NCBI GenBank assembly: GCA_963816145.1
Contig: CAWFJP010000003.1
Location: forward strand, 1-64,000
Direction: 5' to 3'
Length of the DNA stretch: 64,000 nucleotides
Origin: an uncultured delta proteobacterium
GTDB lineage: Bacteria > Desulfobacterota > Binatia > UBA9968
The notes under the pieces were generated by a model. The model saw only the letters and a list, made by a program, of their open reading frames with translations. It was not told the origin of the DNA and did no database searches. This document shows, piece by piece, positions 8,854-18,990 of the stretch; positions within the stretch are counted from its first letter, which is position 1, and each line of letters opens with the position of its first letter. The translations under genes and the position numbers were made by a program.

Positions 8854-8899
8854 CTAGCAGCAACAATGCCGGGATCGTCGACACTTGTTTGATAATTGA

Positions 8900-9112
8900 A
8901 TGGGAAATACAAATGACCGCCTGGCGATCAGTCTTTTTGCCGAGGCGGGTAGCGTCAACGGGGATGTCTACGTATTCGATGGACAGCTCATCATCGATAG
9001 CGAAGTAATCGGTGATCTGTTGGCGGCAGGAGGTCTCGTGAGAAAATCGGGCACCATTTCGGAGGACGCGCGTGTCATTGCCTATTACGCTGAGAAACGG
9101 ATGCAGTTTTAG
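8900..9112 (+). pseudogene. fragment resembling a bactofilin/polymer-forming cytoskeletal repeat
   Basis: GSVNGDVYVFDGQLIIDSEVIGDLLAAGG beta-helix-like repeats; only 70 aa. Confidence 0.4.
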
Positions 9113-9133
9113 ACCGCCGGCAGCGGGTCCTAA

Positions 9134-10162
9134 CTAATTGCCCAACAATTTCATCATCCGATCGACCACGTCCGGCGGCTGTGAGACCACCTCTTTGGCC
9201 AGCTTTGCCAACTCCTCGCCGCCGATCGCATCCACCGCCCAACGGCGCTTCTTTAACTCTTCGAGCAGCGCCGGATCTTTCAGCGAGCGGTGGTAAGCGT
9301 CGCGCAAGATTTTCACTCTATCGGGCGGCAGGCCCGGTGTGGCGACCATCGGCCGGCCGAAGACCGCGGGAGCGAGAAGCACCGTGGCCACCCGCCGGGT
9401 CGCCTCCGGCGTTTTGTATTGGTCCATCAACTCGTAGATAGACGGTACGTCGGCAACCAGAGGATCTCTTTTTTTTCCCGTTTGTAGGATGGGCCGGACA
9501 AACCCCTTCTTGTGCCAGGTCAGAAACGGCTCGCGGGCGAAATAGGTGCTGATCGTAAGATTGCGGCAGTGCAGCTCACCGCGCTCGATGCCGAGGTCAA
9601 TCTCACCGCCGCCGGGATAGCCGCTGACGATGTTGAACTTGATCCCCAGCCCTTCGTCTAAAAATTTCGGCATGTAATACCCGGAAGTGCTCGTGCCGGT
9701 GGCGCCGCACTTGGGCGGCTGCGCGGCCTTGCGCACATCCTCGATCGATTGGTACGGGTTGTCCGTTCGCATAACCAGGATAAATTCTGTTTGCTCCGGT
9801 GTGCCGATCCAGGTGAATTTCGCCCAGTCAAACCGGACTTCCGGGCGCCTCGCCAGTTGGTCGAAATACATCGACGGACCGAATGTGCCGAGGGTAAGAC
9901 CATCGGGCTTCGCCACCGAATAAACATAGTTGGCGGCGATCACTCCTCCCGCTCCAGTCATGTTTTGCACGATGAAGGTAGGATTTCCCGCGATGTATTT
10001 GCCCATGTACTGGGCGAAAATTCTCGCCCAAAGATCGTAGGCGTCGCCGGCAAGATTGCCGACGATGATCCGGACGGTTTTGCCTTGGTAGAAGGGCGTC
10101 TGAGCCGGCACATTGGTGACCGATGTCAGCAGAAACAAGAGCGCGCACGCGAAGCGTTTCAT
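9134..10162 (-). CDS. Bug/TctC tripartite tricarboxylate transporter substrate-binding protein
   Basis: FYQGKTVRIIVG, VQNMTGAGG, KPDGLTL, GYPGG; GGAGG RBS before ATG 10162. Confidence 0.88.
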   Translation of the reverse strand: MKRFACALLFLLTSVTNVPAQTPFYQGKTVRIIVGNLAGDAYDLWARIFAQYMGKYIAGNPTFIVQNMTGAGGVIAANYVYSVAKPDGLTLGTFGPSMYFDQLARRPEVRFDWAKFTWIGTPEQTEFILVMRTDNPYQSIEDVRKAAQPPKCGATGTSTSGYYMPKFLDEGLGIKFNIVSGYPGGGEIDLGIERGELHCRNLTISTYFAREPFLTWHKKGFVRPILQTGKKRDPLVADVPSIYELMDQYKTPEATRRVATVLLAPAVFGRPMVATPGLPPDRVKILRDAYHRSLKDPALLEELKKRRWAVDAIGGEELAKLAKEVVSQPPDVVDRMMKLLGN

Positions 10163-10228
10163 AGCACCCTCCAAACCGCCTGGAACCAAGCCTCAGGACC
10201 GATTGTCAGAGCACGAAATCACCCGCGA

Positions 10229-10258
10229 ATCATAGGGTGGGACAAGCGAAAGTGTCAA
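10229..10258 (-). promoter_or_regulatory. sigma70 promoter of the Bug gene
   Basis: TTGACA-N18-TATGAT on the minus strand. Confidence 0.6.
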
Positions 10259-10317
10259 GGACTACTGGACAAGTGTCGTAGCAACGTCGATATATCGTCT
10301 TAACAGCAACGCGAAAA

Positions 10318-10395
10318 TGTCAGGGCGCTCTCTTCGGTTGAAGTAGGAGCTGAGAGTACCCCATGGGTTCGCATCTTAATCTACGGGGAAAGCTG
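10318..10395 (+). ncRNA. TPP-riboswitch-like element (P2/P3 half intact, P4/P5 divergent)
   Basis: GGGCGCTC...GAGC-TGAGA-GTACCC resembles TPP P2/P3/J3-2; 3' half lacks CCUGAU...GCGnAGG. Confidence 0.35.
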
Positions 10396-10504
10396 CCGCG
10401 AAATTGAAACCGTAACTCATTTTACCGGACGATTCGGGACCACGCCCGGGCGCAGTTGCGGGTAATCGCAAAGCCCATTCTGCGCTAGTACGGCTATCGG
10501 ATTG

Positions 10505-10528
10505 AGCCGGCGGCGATCCGGCTTTTTT
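10505..10528 (+). terminator. intrinsic terminator
   Basis: AGCCGG-7nt-CCGGCT followed by a T-run. Confidence 0.65.
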
Positions 10529-10608
10529 ACGTTCTGTTAGATTTTTGGTTGACGCTATTGGCGACGGTGAATATAACAATCTCTGGTCAATTTTGGCGAA
10601 GAGATCTG

Positions 10609-11310
10609 GGCATGAATGTGAACTTCAAGCCCTTCGACAGCAAACTTGTGCGCCAGGCCATCAACTACGCCCTCGATGCCCATGTCATGTTGAAACATAT
10701 CTATGACGGCAACGGCGCCGTGGTGAACGGTCCGTTGGGCTCGACTTGGGTTTGTTTTGATCCAAAGATAAAGCGCTATCCTGACAACCTCAAAAGGCCC
10801 CGGGAGCTTCTCGGCAAAGCAGGTTATGCCAACGGTCTTGAGATCAAGCTTTATTTTGCCCCGGACCGCCATCTCAAAGGCAACGAGGTGTGCGAAGTCA
10901 TCGCCAATCAGGCGGGGAAAGTCGCCATCAAAGTGGACTTGGTCTCGCAAGAATACGCCGTCTCTCGGCGCAAGGACGGCGTCAATCGCGGCAAGCTGCC
11001 GTTTTACTACGCCGGTAGCAGCGGCAGCGATGCCGATAGCTATTTCGAAACGTATTTTCGCACCGGTGTGTCGAAGAAAATCAACTACAGCAATCCGGAA
11101 TTCGACAAGCTCACTGATGAGGAGCAAAAAATCGGCGATCAAAAAAGGCGCGTGGCCATCCTACAGCGGGAGTGGCGTATCCTGATGGAGGACGTTCCGT
11201 TCGCGCCGCTGTCTTCGTTGGCGGAGATTTGCGGCTTGGCCAGAAAGATTGTCTGGAAAGGTACTCCCGACAATAAATTTCTGGCGGCGGAAATGAAAAT
11301 CAAACCTTGA
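10609..11310 (+). pseudogene. C-terminal half of an Opp/Dpp-type ABC substrate-binding protein
   Basis: KPFDSKLVRQAINYALD, YSNPEFDKL motifs; no signal peptide or N-terminal half. Confidence 0.7.
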
Positions 11311-11497
11311 TCAAACGATGCGCGCATGCCCAAGCCGGCTCCAAACGTTCCATCGCGCTGCTCGGTACCAGTCGTTTAACGCCGGAGAGTAAAAAGTTAG
11401 TTAACGTTGTCGATATTTGCATTTGGCGATACTTTGCGCGCACGAGTCCGGCCGCGCAACGAATCGCAGAATCACCAGCATTTTTGGGAGGTAAATT

Positions 11498-12517
11498 ATG
11501 CATTTCACAAGCAAACATTGGATAATTTATACGAGCGTTTTTCTCGTGATGACGCTGGGGATGCTGTCGGCAGCGAAGGCTCAGGACAAGCTGCTGATCT
11601 CCTACGGCGGTCATAACGAGACCGTCGGCCCCATGTGGGTCGCGGCGGACAGGGGCATTTTCAAGAGATACAATCTTGACGTGAATATGCTCCAGGTGCG
11701 CAATGGCCAAATCAGCCTAACGGCGGTGATGGCAGGGGATGTCCAGGCGTTTTGGCCAGCTGTTTCTTCGGTCATCAGCGGCGTCTCCGGAGGAGCCAAG
11801 CTCGGCTGCGTCGCCAGTCCCTTCAACAAGATCGCGCGGGAGCTGATGGTGCGACCGGAAATCGATTCGCTTGCCGCGCTGCGGGAGAAAATCTTCGGCG
11901 TGCAGAGCATTGGCGGCGGGTTCTGGTTGCAAACGATGATCGTTTTGGATCGGCTCGGTGTCGATGCCGACAAGTACAAATTACAGATGCGCCTGATCGG
12001 CGACGAACCGACGATTCTCCAAGCGTTGCTCGCCTCGAACATCGACGCGGCGGTGATCACCCAGGCTTCGGCCGCAGTGGCGAAACGGGCCGGTCTGCGC
12101 TCGCTTGCAAATACCACCGAGCTGAAGGTGCCTTATCAAGGTGTGGGCGTCTGCACGCGCAGCGACCGCATCGTCAATTCCCCGGACCTGATCATGCGCT
12201 TGGTCAAAGGCATGGTCGAGGGCGTGGTCTTTATTCATAGCCCGCGCAACAAACGCGAGGTCATGGAGGTGCTGAAAAAGCATCTTCGGCTAGCCTCAGA
12301 CCAGGACGCCGAGACCTCTTACAACGCGCTGCGCACGGTATCTTCCCTCGATGTCGCCCCCGATCCCGAGGCTTGGAAAAATATTCAAAAGTATGTGGCC
12401 CGCGTGACTCCTAAAGTGGGCCAGTTGGATGTCCAGCAAATCATCAACGGCCATTTCGTCAAGACGCTCGAAGAAACCGGCTTCATCGCCGAAGCGAAAA
12501 AGCGCTACGGCCTGTAG
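11498..12517 (+). CDS. ABC substrate-binding protein, NMT1/THI5/SsuA-like
   Basis: GGAGG RBS, signal peptide, PMWVAADRGIFKRYNLDV. Confidence 0.85.
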   Translation: MHFTSKHWIIYTSVFLVMTLGMLSAAKAQDKLLISYGGHNETVGPMWVAADRGIFKRYNLDVNMLQVRNGQISLTAVMAGDVQAFWPAVSSVISGVSGGAKLGCVASPFNKIARELMVRPEIDSLAALREKIFGVQSIGGGFWLQTMIVLDRLGVDADKYKLQMRLIGDEPTILQALLASNIDAAVITQASAAVAKRAGLRSLANTTELKVPYQGVGVCTRSDRIVNSPDLIMRLVKGMVEGVVFIHSPRNKREVMEVLKKHLRLASDQDAETSYNALRTVSSLDVAPDPEAWKNIQKYVARVTPKVGQLDVQQIINGHFVKTLEETGFIAEAKKRYGL

Positions 12518-12750
12518 CGGTAAAAAAAGCGCGCCGATGAAAGAACCGGTTTGCCAGTCTAAGCCTTATTCACTGGCGTAACCTACGTCACTTGCTGGAG
12601 GGCTAAAAAGAAATGTTGCATTGTCGTTTTTCGCGGTCATAACAATTAAATCTCAGTATCAACCGCTTAGAACGAGCTCAGCCGCCCGCTCCAACCGCGT
12701 CTGCTAGAGCACCCGATTGGGCGACATGACCAAGCTTGCGAGCGAACCCA

Positions 12751-13479
12751 TCATGCAGATAGGGCATCAGCAAGAGCACGAAGCAGTTTTGCCCCGTCGC
12801 CACGCCATGCGCTGCCGTGCATGCAGGCGAGGGTTGTTGGGTTGGTCGAAGCAAGCCGCTCGATCATCACCCGCGCATCCCTCGTGTGCGAGTAGTAATC
12901 CATTTCGCGGCGAAACGCCTCGCTTGGCCCAAGAATGTCCGACTCCGTGATCGGCGGAAGACCGTTGCCACCCTGCGTGAACAGGTCGCCACATAGCAAC
13001 GTAGAGGTTCGTTCTTCCATCAGAAAACCGCACTCCCACGCGTGTGGCAAATGCGGCGTGTCGAACCAACGCACAAAGTGCTTGCCCAGAGAGAGCAGCT
13101 CTCCATCGGCTAGGGCTCGAGGCGCCCGATCAGCAAGATCGCTGATCGACACCATGGCAGCAACAGTGCCGCACAGGGGTACGGACCGCGGAGCGGCACC
13201 AAGCCATTGGTTGAGCGAGCCGCACTCGTCGGCTTCCACATGGGAAAACCCAATGTAGCGAAGCCTTTCGACCGGCAAAATGCTCGCCACCGCTTCACAC
13301 ACCAGCGGAAACATCTTTCGCGGCCCGGTGTGGAAGATCAAGGGTTCATCATCCGTGATAAGGTATTGATTGAAACAGAACCCGCCTGCACCTTCGATCA
13401 CAACTGGCGTACTGATGCGATAGATCCCGTCGGCAATCTCATGGATATTTGTTCCGGACTGTGTGTTTGTAATAGCGAT
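12751..13479 (-). CDS. MBL-fold FprA/ODP-like (oxygen-binding di-iron) protein
   Basis: SHVEADECG, TPHLPHAWE, LCGDLF, CMHG; frame extends to an ATC at 13479 preceded by AAGGAG. Confidence 0.8.
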   Translation of the reverse strand: MAITNTQSGTNIHEIADGIYRISTPVVIEGAGGFCFNQYLITDDEPLIFHTGPRKMFPLVCEAVASILPVERLRYIGFSHVEADECGSLNQWLGAAPRSVPLCGTVAAMVSISDLADRAPRALADGELLSLGKHFVRWFDTPHLPHAWECGFLMEERTSTLLCGDLFTQGGNGLPPITESDILGPSEAFRREMDYYSHTRDARVMIERLASTNPTTLACMHGSAWRGDGAKLLRALADALSA

Positions 13480-13808
13480 GGAGATCTCCTTGTTTGATTG
13501 AGCAATCGGCGTTCGGCTATCTGTCGCCTCACGTATAGCAAATTATTCCCCAAAGCATCAAGGCAATTAAGCCGGTGACCCGTGGCCGGTGTTCAAGGGC
13601 TTGGGCCGGCGATCTTGTGTGGCGATTAGTCGGAGCAATTGTCGATCGAGGTTTGGCTCAAGTTTTCGGATGGCTCGTTCGAGTGCTGGTATTCGACAAG
13701 ATCTCTGCCTGAGGATAAGCTGGAGAGTGAAACAACTGGAGCCGACTGAGTAACATTGTGACCATGCATCGCTCGAGTCTATAGTATGGCTCGGATTGGA
13801 GGTCGATC

Positions 13809-14057
13809 ATGAATATCGAGTTCGCGCGCAAAGCGCTTCTGCGGTGCGCCGTCATCAACTACGGAATACTGATAGTGTGGTTTCTGGTCTTCGTTCTGGC
13901 GCACGATTGGATCTATCTGCTGCACGGCCAGTGGTTTCGTTTTTCAGTTGAGCAGTTCGACATGCTTCACTACGCCGGGATGGCGATCTACAAGCTCGGT
14001 ATTATCCTCTTGAATGTGGTTCCCTACATCGCCCTCCGCATCACTGGTCAGCCATGA
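13809..14057 (+). CDS. small membrane protein (DUF6868-like)
   Basis: GGAGG RBS; two hydrophobic helices; HGQWF...HYAGMAIYK. Confidence 0.75.
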   Translation: MNIEFARKALLRCAVINYGILIVWFLVFVLAHDWIYLLHGQWFRFSVEQFDMLHYAGMAIYKLGIILLNVVPYIALRITGQP

Positions 14058-14130
14058 CGACGTTTTTGTTTACGGATCAAGAAATTATCGGATCGCAGTG
14101 CCTTGCCTAATCTACTGACGCGGTTAAGGG

Positions 14131-15396
14131 TCAATACCCAGCCGGCGAGGAGCTGTCGAGGGGTTTCTCTCGTTGCACAGGCTGGAGCTCGTCCAACTTG
14201 AGCAGCGGCACCAAGAGCCAGCATAGGGCGGTAAAGGCGGAGCTGATGAAAATCAGCCGGGTAAAGCCCACCTGATCGTAGAGCCAGCCGCCGGTGATCT
14301 GCGACAGCTGTACCGCGCCGTTATAAACTGACATCAGGAAGGCGAAGAAGGTGGCTTCGGCCTGCTGCGGGCAAGCTCTGGCGGCGAGATCGAGAAATGT
14401 CAGCTGGATGATCATCGCGACGGCGCCGAAAAGCAGCGATAGCACGACTGCCGATGCTTGATCCCGATAGCCCAGGTAGGCGAGCGTGGCGGTCACCCCG
14501 GCAGCGATGGCGAAGTGGATCAAGCGCTTAAACGAAAAGGACTTCGAGAACGTGAAATACAGCGCGGTGCCGATCAGTCCCGAGGCGTACGAGAGCGAAT
14601 CCAGGGTGCCGAGGAAGAACTTGGAAAAGTGGAGTTTGTCGGTGGCGTAGTAGACTAGGGCCGGGCCGAAGGAGGGACTGAAATTATAGAAAAAGATAAA
14701 CCCTGCGACGATCCACAGCGTGCGCGAGCCGACGGCACTGCGGATCGCTGTCCAAGTCTCGCGAAACTGACGCTCACCCGCGAGGACGCGTGGCTCCTTG
14801 ATCAAAAAGATCGCCATGGCCAGGGTTATGACCGGAAAGACCGTCGCGATCAAAAAAGTAAGCGCGAGAAACCGGTGCTCAGCCAACCAGCCACCACCAA
14901 TGCCAACTAGGATCGAGGCGCATGAGATTGCCGCCCACTGGACCGCCTGGAACGGCCCCGTGAGTCCGAGCCGCTGGCCGTTCTCGACCATGAGCGCGTC
15001 GGTCAGCACATCGGTGAAGGCCAAGCCGAGACCCATCAATGTGAAAAAGATCGCCACCCCCCAGTAGTCATAGGATCCCTTCATTGTCAGAGCTAAGCCC
15101 ATCGCCGCGGCCATTCCGGATGTTAGAATAAAATAGCTCTTGCGCCTTTGACCGAATAGCGGGATGAAGTCCGAGATCAGGCCGTATACCGGCTTGATCA
15201 GCCAGGGGATGACTGTGACCGAAAAGAAGGTGGCGGTTTGAGCGGCGCTGAGACCGAAGGTGTCTTTGAGTAGAAACGTGATCGACAGGTTGGGCAGGTA
15301 CCACATCCCTTGGGCAAAGTAGACGATGGCAAAGACCAGCGCGAGGCGGCGCGCTTCCGGATTATTTCTGAACGGCTGGAGGGTCGTAAGCTTCAC
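14131..15396 (-). CDS. MFS transporter, folate-biopterin (BT1)-like
   Basis: PWLIKPVYGLISD, DVLTDALMVE; about 12 TM helices. Confidence 0.85.
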   Translation of the reverse strand: MKLTTLQPFRNNPEARRLALVFAIVYFAQGMWYLPNLSITFLLKDTFGLSAAQTATFFSVTVIPWLIKPVYGLISDFIPLFGQRRKSYFILTSGMAAAMGLALTMKGSYDYWGVAIFFTLMGLGLAFTDVLTDALMVENGQRLGLTGPFQAVQWAAISCASILVGIGGGWLAEHRFLALTFLIATVFPVITLAMAIFLIKEPRVLAGERQFRETWTAIRSAVGSRTLWIVAGFIFFYNFSPSFGPALVYYATDKLHFSKFFLGTLDSLSYASGLIGTALYFTFSKSFSFKRLIHFAIAAGVTATLAYLGYRDQASAVVLSLLFGAVAMIIQLTFLDLAARACPQQAEATFFAFLMSVYNGAVQLSQITGGWLYDQVGFTRLIFISSAFTALCWLLVPLLKLDELQPVQREKPLDSSSPAGY

Positions 15397-15724
15397 CGGA
15401 CGATCTTAAACTGTCCGGCGTAGGGCGACAAACAACCTTTGGACCTGGCCTTGCTTCATTGACTATCCTTCGCGCCGGATGAATCCAATCGAATAACTTG
15501 CTTGGCCGATGCGATTTTCGCTGGACCTGATGGCGTTGGACGAAATCTACGTGCCTACTCGTGCTCATGAACGACGAGTGAAAAACCAAAAAGTATATGA
15601 GGAATCACCGTGCAAGCTGGGGATCCCGACGGCAACGTTTGAACCATTCTCTCTCCCGCCTACTGTTTCAGCGCCGAATAATCTCTTCGGCAAAAACCTC
15701 CGCTCATGCTATAAACATTAACCC

Positions 15725-16684
15725 ATGCTAACCATCCGCCGCTCCACGGTAAACGGCCTTGAGAATGTCAGTCGAGAGGCCGTGGCCGAGCTTTTGCCGC
15801 GCGGCGACGCCAATCTCTGGTTTCATTTCGATAAGCCGACCGAACAGGAGCTGCGCTTTCTTCAAGAAGATTTGCGGATCCACCATCTGACCATCGAGGA
15901 TGTCGTCAACCAGAACCAGCGGCCCAAAATCGAATCGTTCGAAGATTATGTTTACCTGGCGATTCATCCGTTGATGCATAGCAAGAAGTGGCAGATCGAA
16001 CCCTCCGAGCTCGATCTGCTGCTCGGCCGTCACTGGATCGTCTCGGTCCATTACGGCCCGCTGCCCGGCCTGATCGAGAACGGCCATATCCATGAGCGAC
16101 TCGCCAATGCGCTCGGCCGAGGCACCGACTTTCTGCTCTATACTCTGGTCGATCTGGTCGTCGACAGTTATTTCCCGATCCTCGACGAAATCGAAGACGA
16201 AATCGATTCTCTCGAAGAGCGGCTTTTGGCGCAGGCGAAGTCAGCGGATATGAATCGGCTGTTGGCGTTCAAGCGTTCACTGGTCCATGTCCGGCGCGCC
16301 GTCGGGCCGCAGCGGGAAGTGTTCAACCAGCTCACGCGCCACGAGTTTCCCTTCGTGCGCGCGGAAAATCTGGTTTATTTCCGCGACGTTTATGATCATT
16401 TGCTGCGCATCACCGAGGAACTCGACAGCCTCAGAGATATTCTTTCAAGTGCCCTCGAAGTCCATCTCGCCTCGACCTCGAATCAGCTCAACGTGACCAT
16501 GAAGCGGCTCACCGCCTGGGGCACGATCTTTGTCGTGATCACCGCCATCGCGGGCATCTATGGCATGAATTTCAGATTCATGCCTGAGCTGGAGTGGCGC
16601 TACGGTTATTTCGCGGCGATTTTCACCATGGCTGTGATTTCGCTGACTTTGTGGTTTTACTTCAAAAAAAGAGACTATTTTTAG
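15725..16684 (+). CDS. corA: CorA Mg/Co transporter
   Basis: YGMNF and MPEL signature with two C-terminal TM helices. Confidence 0.93.
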   Translation: MLTIRRSTVNGLENVSREAVAELLPRGDANLWFHFDKPTEQELRFLQEDLRIHHLTIEDVVNQNQRPKIESFEDYVYLAIHPLMHSKKWQIEPSELDLLLGRHWIVSVHYGPLPGLIENGHIHERLANALGRGTDFLLYTLVDLVVDSYFPILDEIEDEIDSLEERLLAQAKSADMNRLLAFKRSLVHVRRAVGPQREVFNQLTRHEFPFVRAENLVYFRDVYDHLLRITEELDSLRDILSSALEVHLASTSNQLNVTMKRLTAWGTIFVVITAIAGIYGMNFRFMPELEWRYGYFAAIFTMAVISLTLWFYFKKRDYF

Positions 16685-16748
16685 CGGTTCTGCCGGTGCC
16701 GGCCGGTCGCCACGCTTCACTCGATCATACGTCCGCAATGCCTTGACT

Positions 16749-17624
16749 ATGACCCAAGCTGGGCAAATTTATCTGCGCGTCACCGCCGACCAGCGCCTGG
16801 CCGAGGAATGGGAGCTTGTGCTCCTGGCTCAGGGGTTATCACCGAGGCTGCGGCGGACACCGGATGGCGTCGTTCTTAGCGTCTCGGAAGCAGAGCGGGA
16901 CCGAGCGTTGGCCAGTCTGTCGGCATACGATCGGGAGAATTCGCAAAATTTGGCGGCGCGAGTCGAGCCGATAGAGTCGGGCAGCTGGGTCGCCGCAGCC
17001 GCGGTTGGGCTGGTGCTCTTGCTATTTTATTCCATCACGGTGCAGTGGCTGCCCGCACTGTCTTGGTTCGCCCGCGGCGCCGCCGATGCCGAGAGGATCC
17101 TTCACGGTGAGCTCTGGCGCACAGTGACCGCTCTCACGCTCCATGCCGATGTCGCCCATGTACTGAGTAATGCTGTCGCCGCGGCAATATTTCTCAGCGC
17201 CGTATTTAGCCTGGTGGGGATGGGGCTCGGTGGCGCACTCGTCCTGCTTGCCGGCGCGGGCGGCAATCTCGCCAACGCTTTTCTCCACGACTCGGCCCAC
17301 ACTTCTATCGGCGCCTCGACGGCGGTTTTTGCCGCGGTCGGCTTACTCGGGAGCCTCGCGGTGACCCGGCGGCGCCGCAGCGCTTTAAGCCGGTGGCGCG
17401 CTTGGCTGCCGGCGGCCGCGGCGCTTGCCCTTCTCGGCATGCTCGGCAGTAGCGGACAGCGTGTCGATATTTGGGCTCATCTCTGCGGTCTCGTGGTTGG
17501 CGCCGTGCTAGGAATGCTCATCGCTTGGGTTACGCCGCGCGCACCGGGATTACCTATCCAATGGGTCTGCGGCACTGCGACAGTCGCCACGCTCATCCTC
17601 TGCTGGATAGTTGCGTTCCGTTGA
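16749..17624 (+). CDS. rhomboid intramembrane serine protease
   Basis: GELWR, HxxxxHxxxN, GAST catalytic motif, AHLCG. Confidence 0.88.
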   Translation: MTQAGQIYLRVTADQRLAEEWELVLLAQGLSPRLRRTPDGVVLSVSEAERDRALASLSAYDRENSQNLAARVEPIESGSWVAAAAVGLVLLLFYSITVQWLPALSWFARGAADAERILHGELWRTVTALTLHADVAHVLSNAVAAAIFLSAVFSLVGMGLGGALVLLAGAGGNLANAFLHDSAHTSIGASTAVFAAVGLLGSLAVTRRRRSALSRWRAWLPAAAALALLGMLGSSGQRVDIWAHLCGLVVGAVLGMLIAWVTPRAPGLPIQWVCGTATVATLILCWIVAFR

Positions 17625-17889
17625 AGGGATCACTGGCAAAGTGATTCGAAGATAGCCAAGGAGCCGCCAAGAGGGGCACGCCTTTATCTAACGCGCTGTG
17701 CCTTGGGATATATCAGCAACGGCAAAGAGGCACCTGGGGAATAGACCGTCGACGTCGATGTTTTGACAAGCCAGTAGACTGCGAAGGTCCTCTCCGCCCT
17801 AAACCGCCGCTGCCTGAGAACAGGTCGGCGCAGGCCGTTGCCGGCGGTGAGTCATCGCAGAATCCGATGATTTCTTTAACGCGGTCTGG

Positions 17890-18168
17890 TTACTGGGCCT
17901 TAGACAGGGTCTCCAGCGCATTCCGCAGGGACCCGGCCCAGTTCTTGAGGGTCGATTCACTGATCTTACCGTCCGGCGTGTTAACGCCGACTCCATCGGT
18001 GCTGATATCCAACAAGATGGCTTCAAGGTCGGCAACGACCTTGTGATACTTGATGTCGGTTAAGACTTTATAGTTTTCCGGCACTGACTTATAGATTTTC
18101 TTCGCCGGCGCGTTCTGCTGGTTGACTGAGGTTGTTGCGGACGAGAGGATAGCAGGGGCGATGTTCAA
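17890..18168 (-). CDS. hypothetical protein
   Basis: AAGGAG RBS before TTG 18168; 92 aa with protein-like composition. Confidence 0.5.
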   Translation of the reverse strand: MNIAPAILSSATTSVNQQNAPAKKIYKSVPENYKVLTDIKYHKVVADLEAILLDISTDGVGVNTPDGKISESTLKNWAGSLRNALETLSKAQ

Positions 18169-18990
18169 GGGCTGTCTCCTTTTGCTTGTCGGTAATGATC
18201 CAACACTACTCAGCGATAACATTACGCAAGTTGTGCGCCAACCGGCGCCGAAGCGCCCAAGCCCATGTTTAGCTAATGAAAATTTTGACACATGCGGCTC
18301 GCCGGCCGTTCATTTCTCCAGAGTTTGGGAAAGCGACCTTGTTCTGTTCTTATTCTTAGAAACATTTGCTCGCCGTACACGCTTAATGCTGCAGCCATGG
18401 TTAGGGCGGCTGTGATCGCTGCCTCGGCCGAGTAGCGCGAAGGGACAAAACGCCGTCTGCATGATCGTAAAGCGTGGCAGGATTGGCGGCGATTTGATGT
18501 CATTCTCCCAAGCGGGGCACCTATCAGCTGACGGTAGATTAGGCGCAGAAATTCCTGCGGAGAAGAATTTGTTTCACTTCCCCGCTTGCCATAGGTCGAG
18601 GTCGGACGCTGGTCCGCACCAGCCAGCCAGCGGTCTCAGCGCCGGCGGATCAGCGGGCGGGGGCCGCGCTTGCGAAGGGTATCACGAGAAATTTAGGCTC
18701 GCTCAGTCAGGGCGCCTGAGGCGTGGCTACCGGTTGATGGCTGCAGCGAAAAATGCTGGTGATAAGTCAGAAAATGGAGCACAAGGACTCACAAGGTTAT
18801 CGCAGGATGCGGAGGCCAGCTGTTTGAAGTCCTTCGACACGACTCACGGCTAGAATTCGATTTCATCGCAGGAACGAACCGTGTAAAACGGCTGAGTTGC
18901 CGATCGAGCCGCGGCTTTTCTCAACAAGCAGTTGGTGACATGGTAGAGTCGTAGCACAACTCGATTATTGGTTTTGGCAAGGAGGCGGAG

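Noticed and set aside
12667-12722. attC-like site after the MBL gene (minus strand GCCCAAT...GCTCTAGC...GCTGAGC..GTTCTAA)
   Set aside because: R boxes deviate from RYYYAAC/GTTRRRY, the spacer is too short, and there is no integrase or second clear attC
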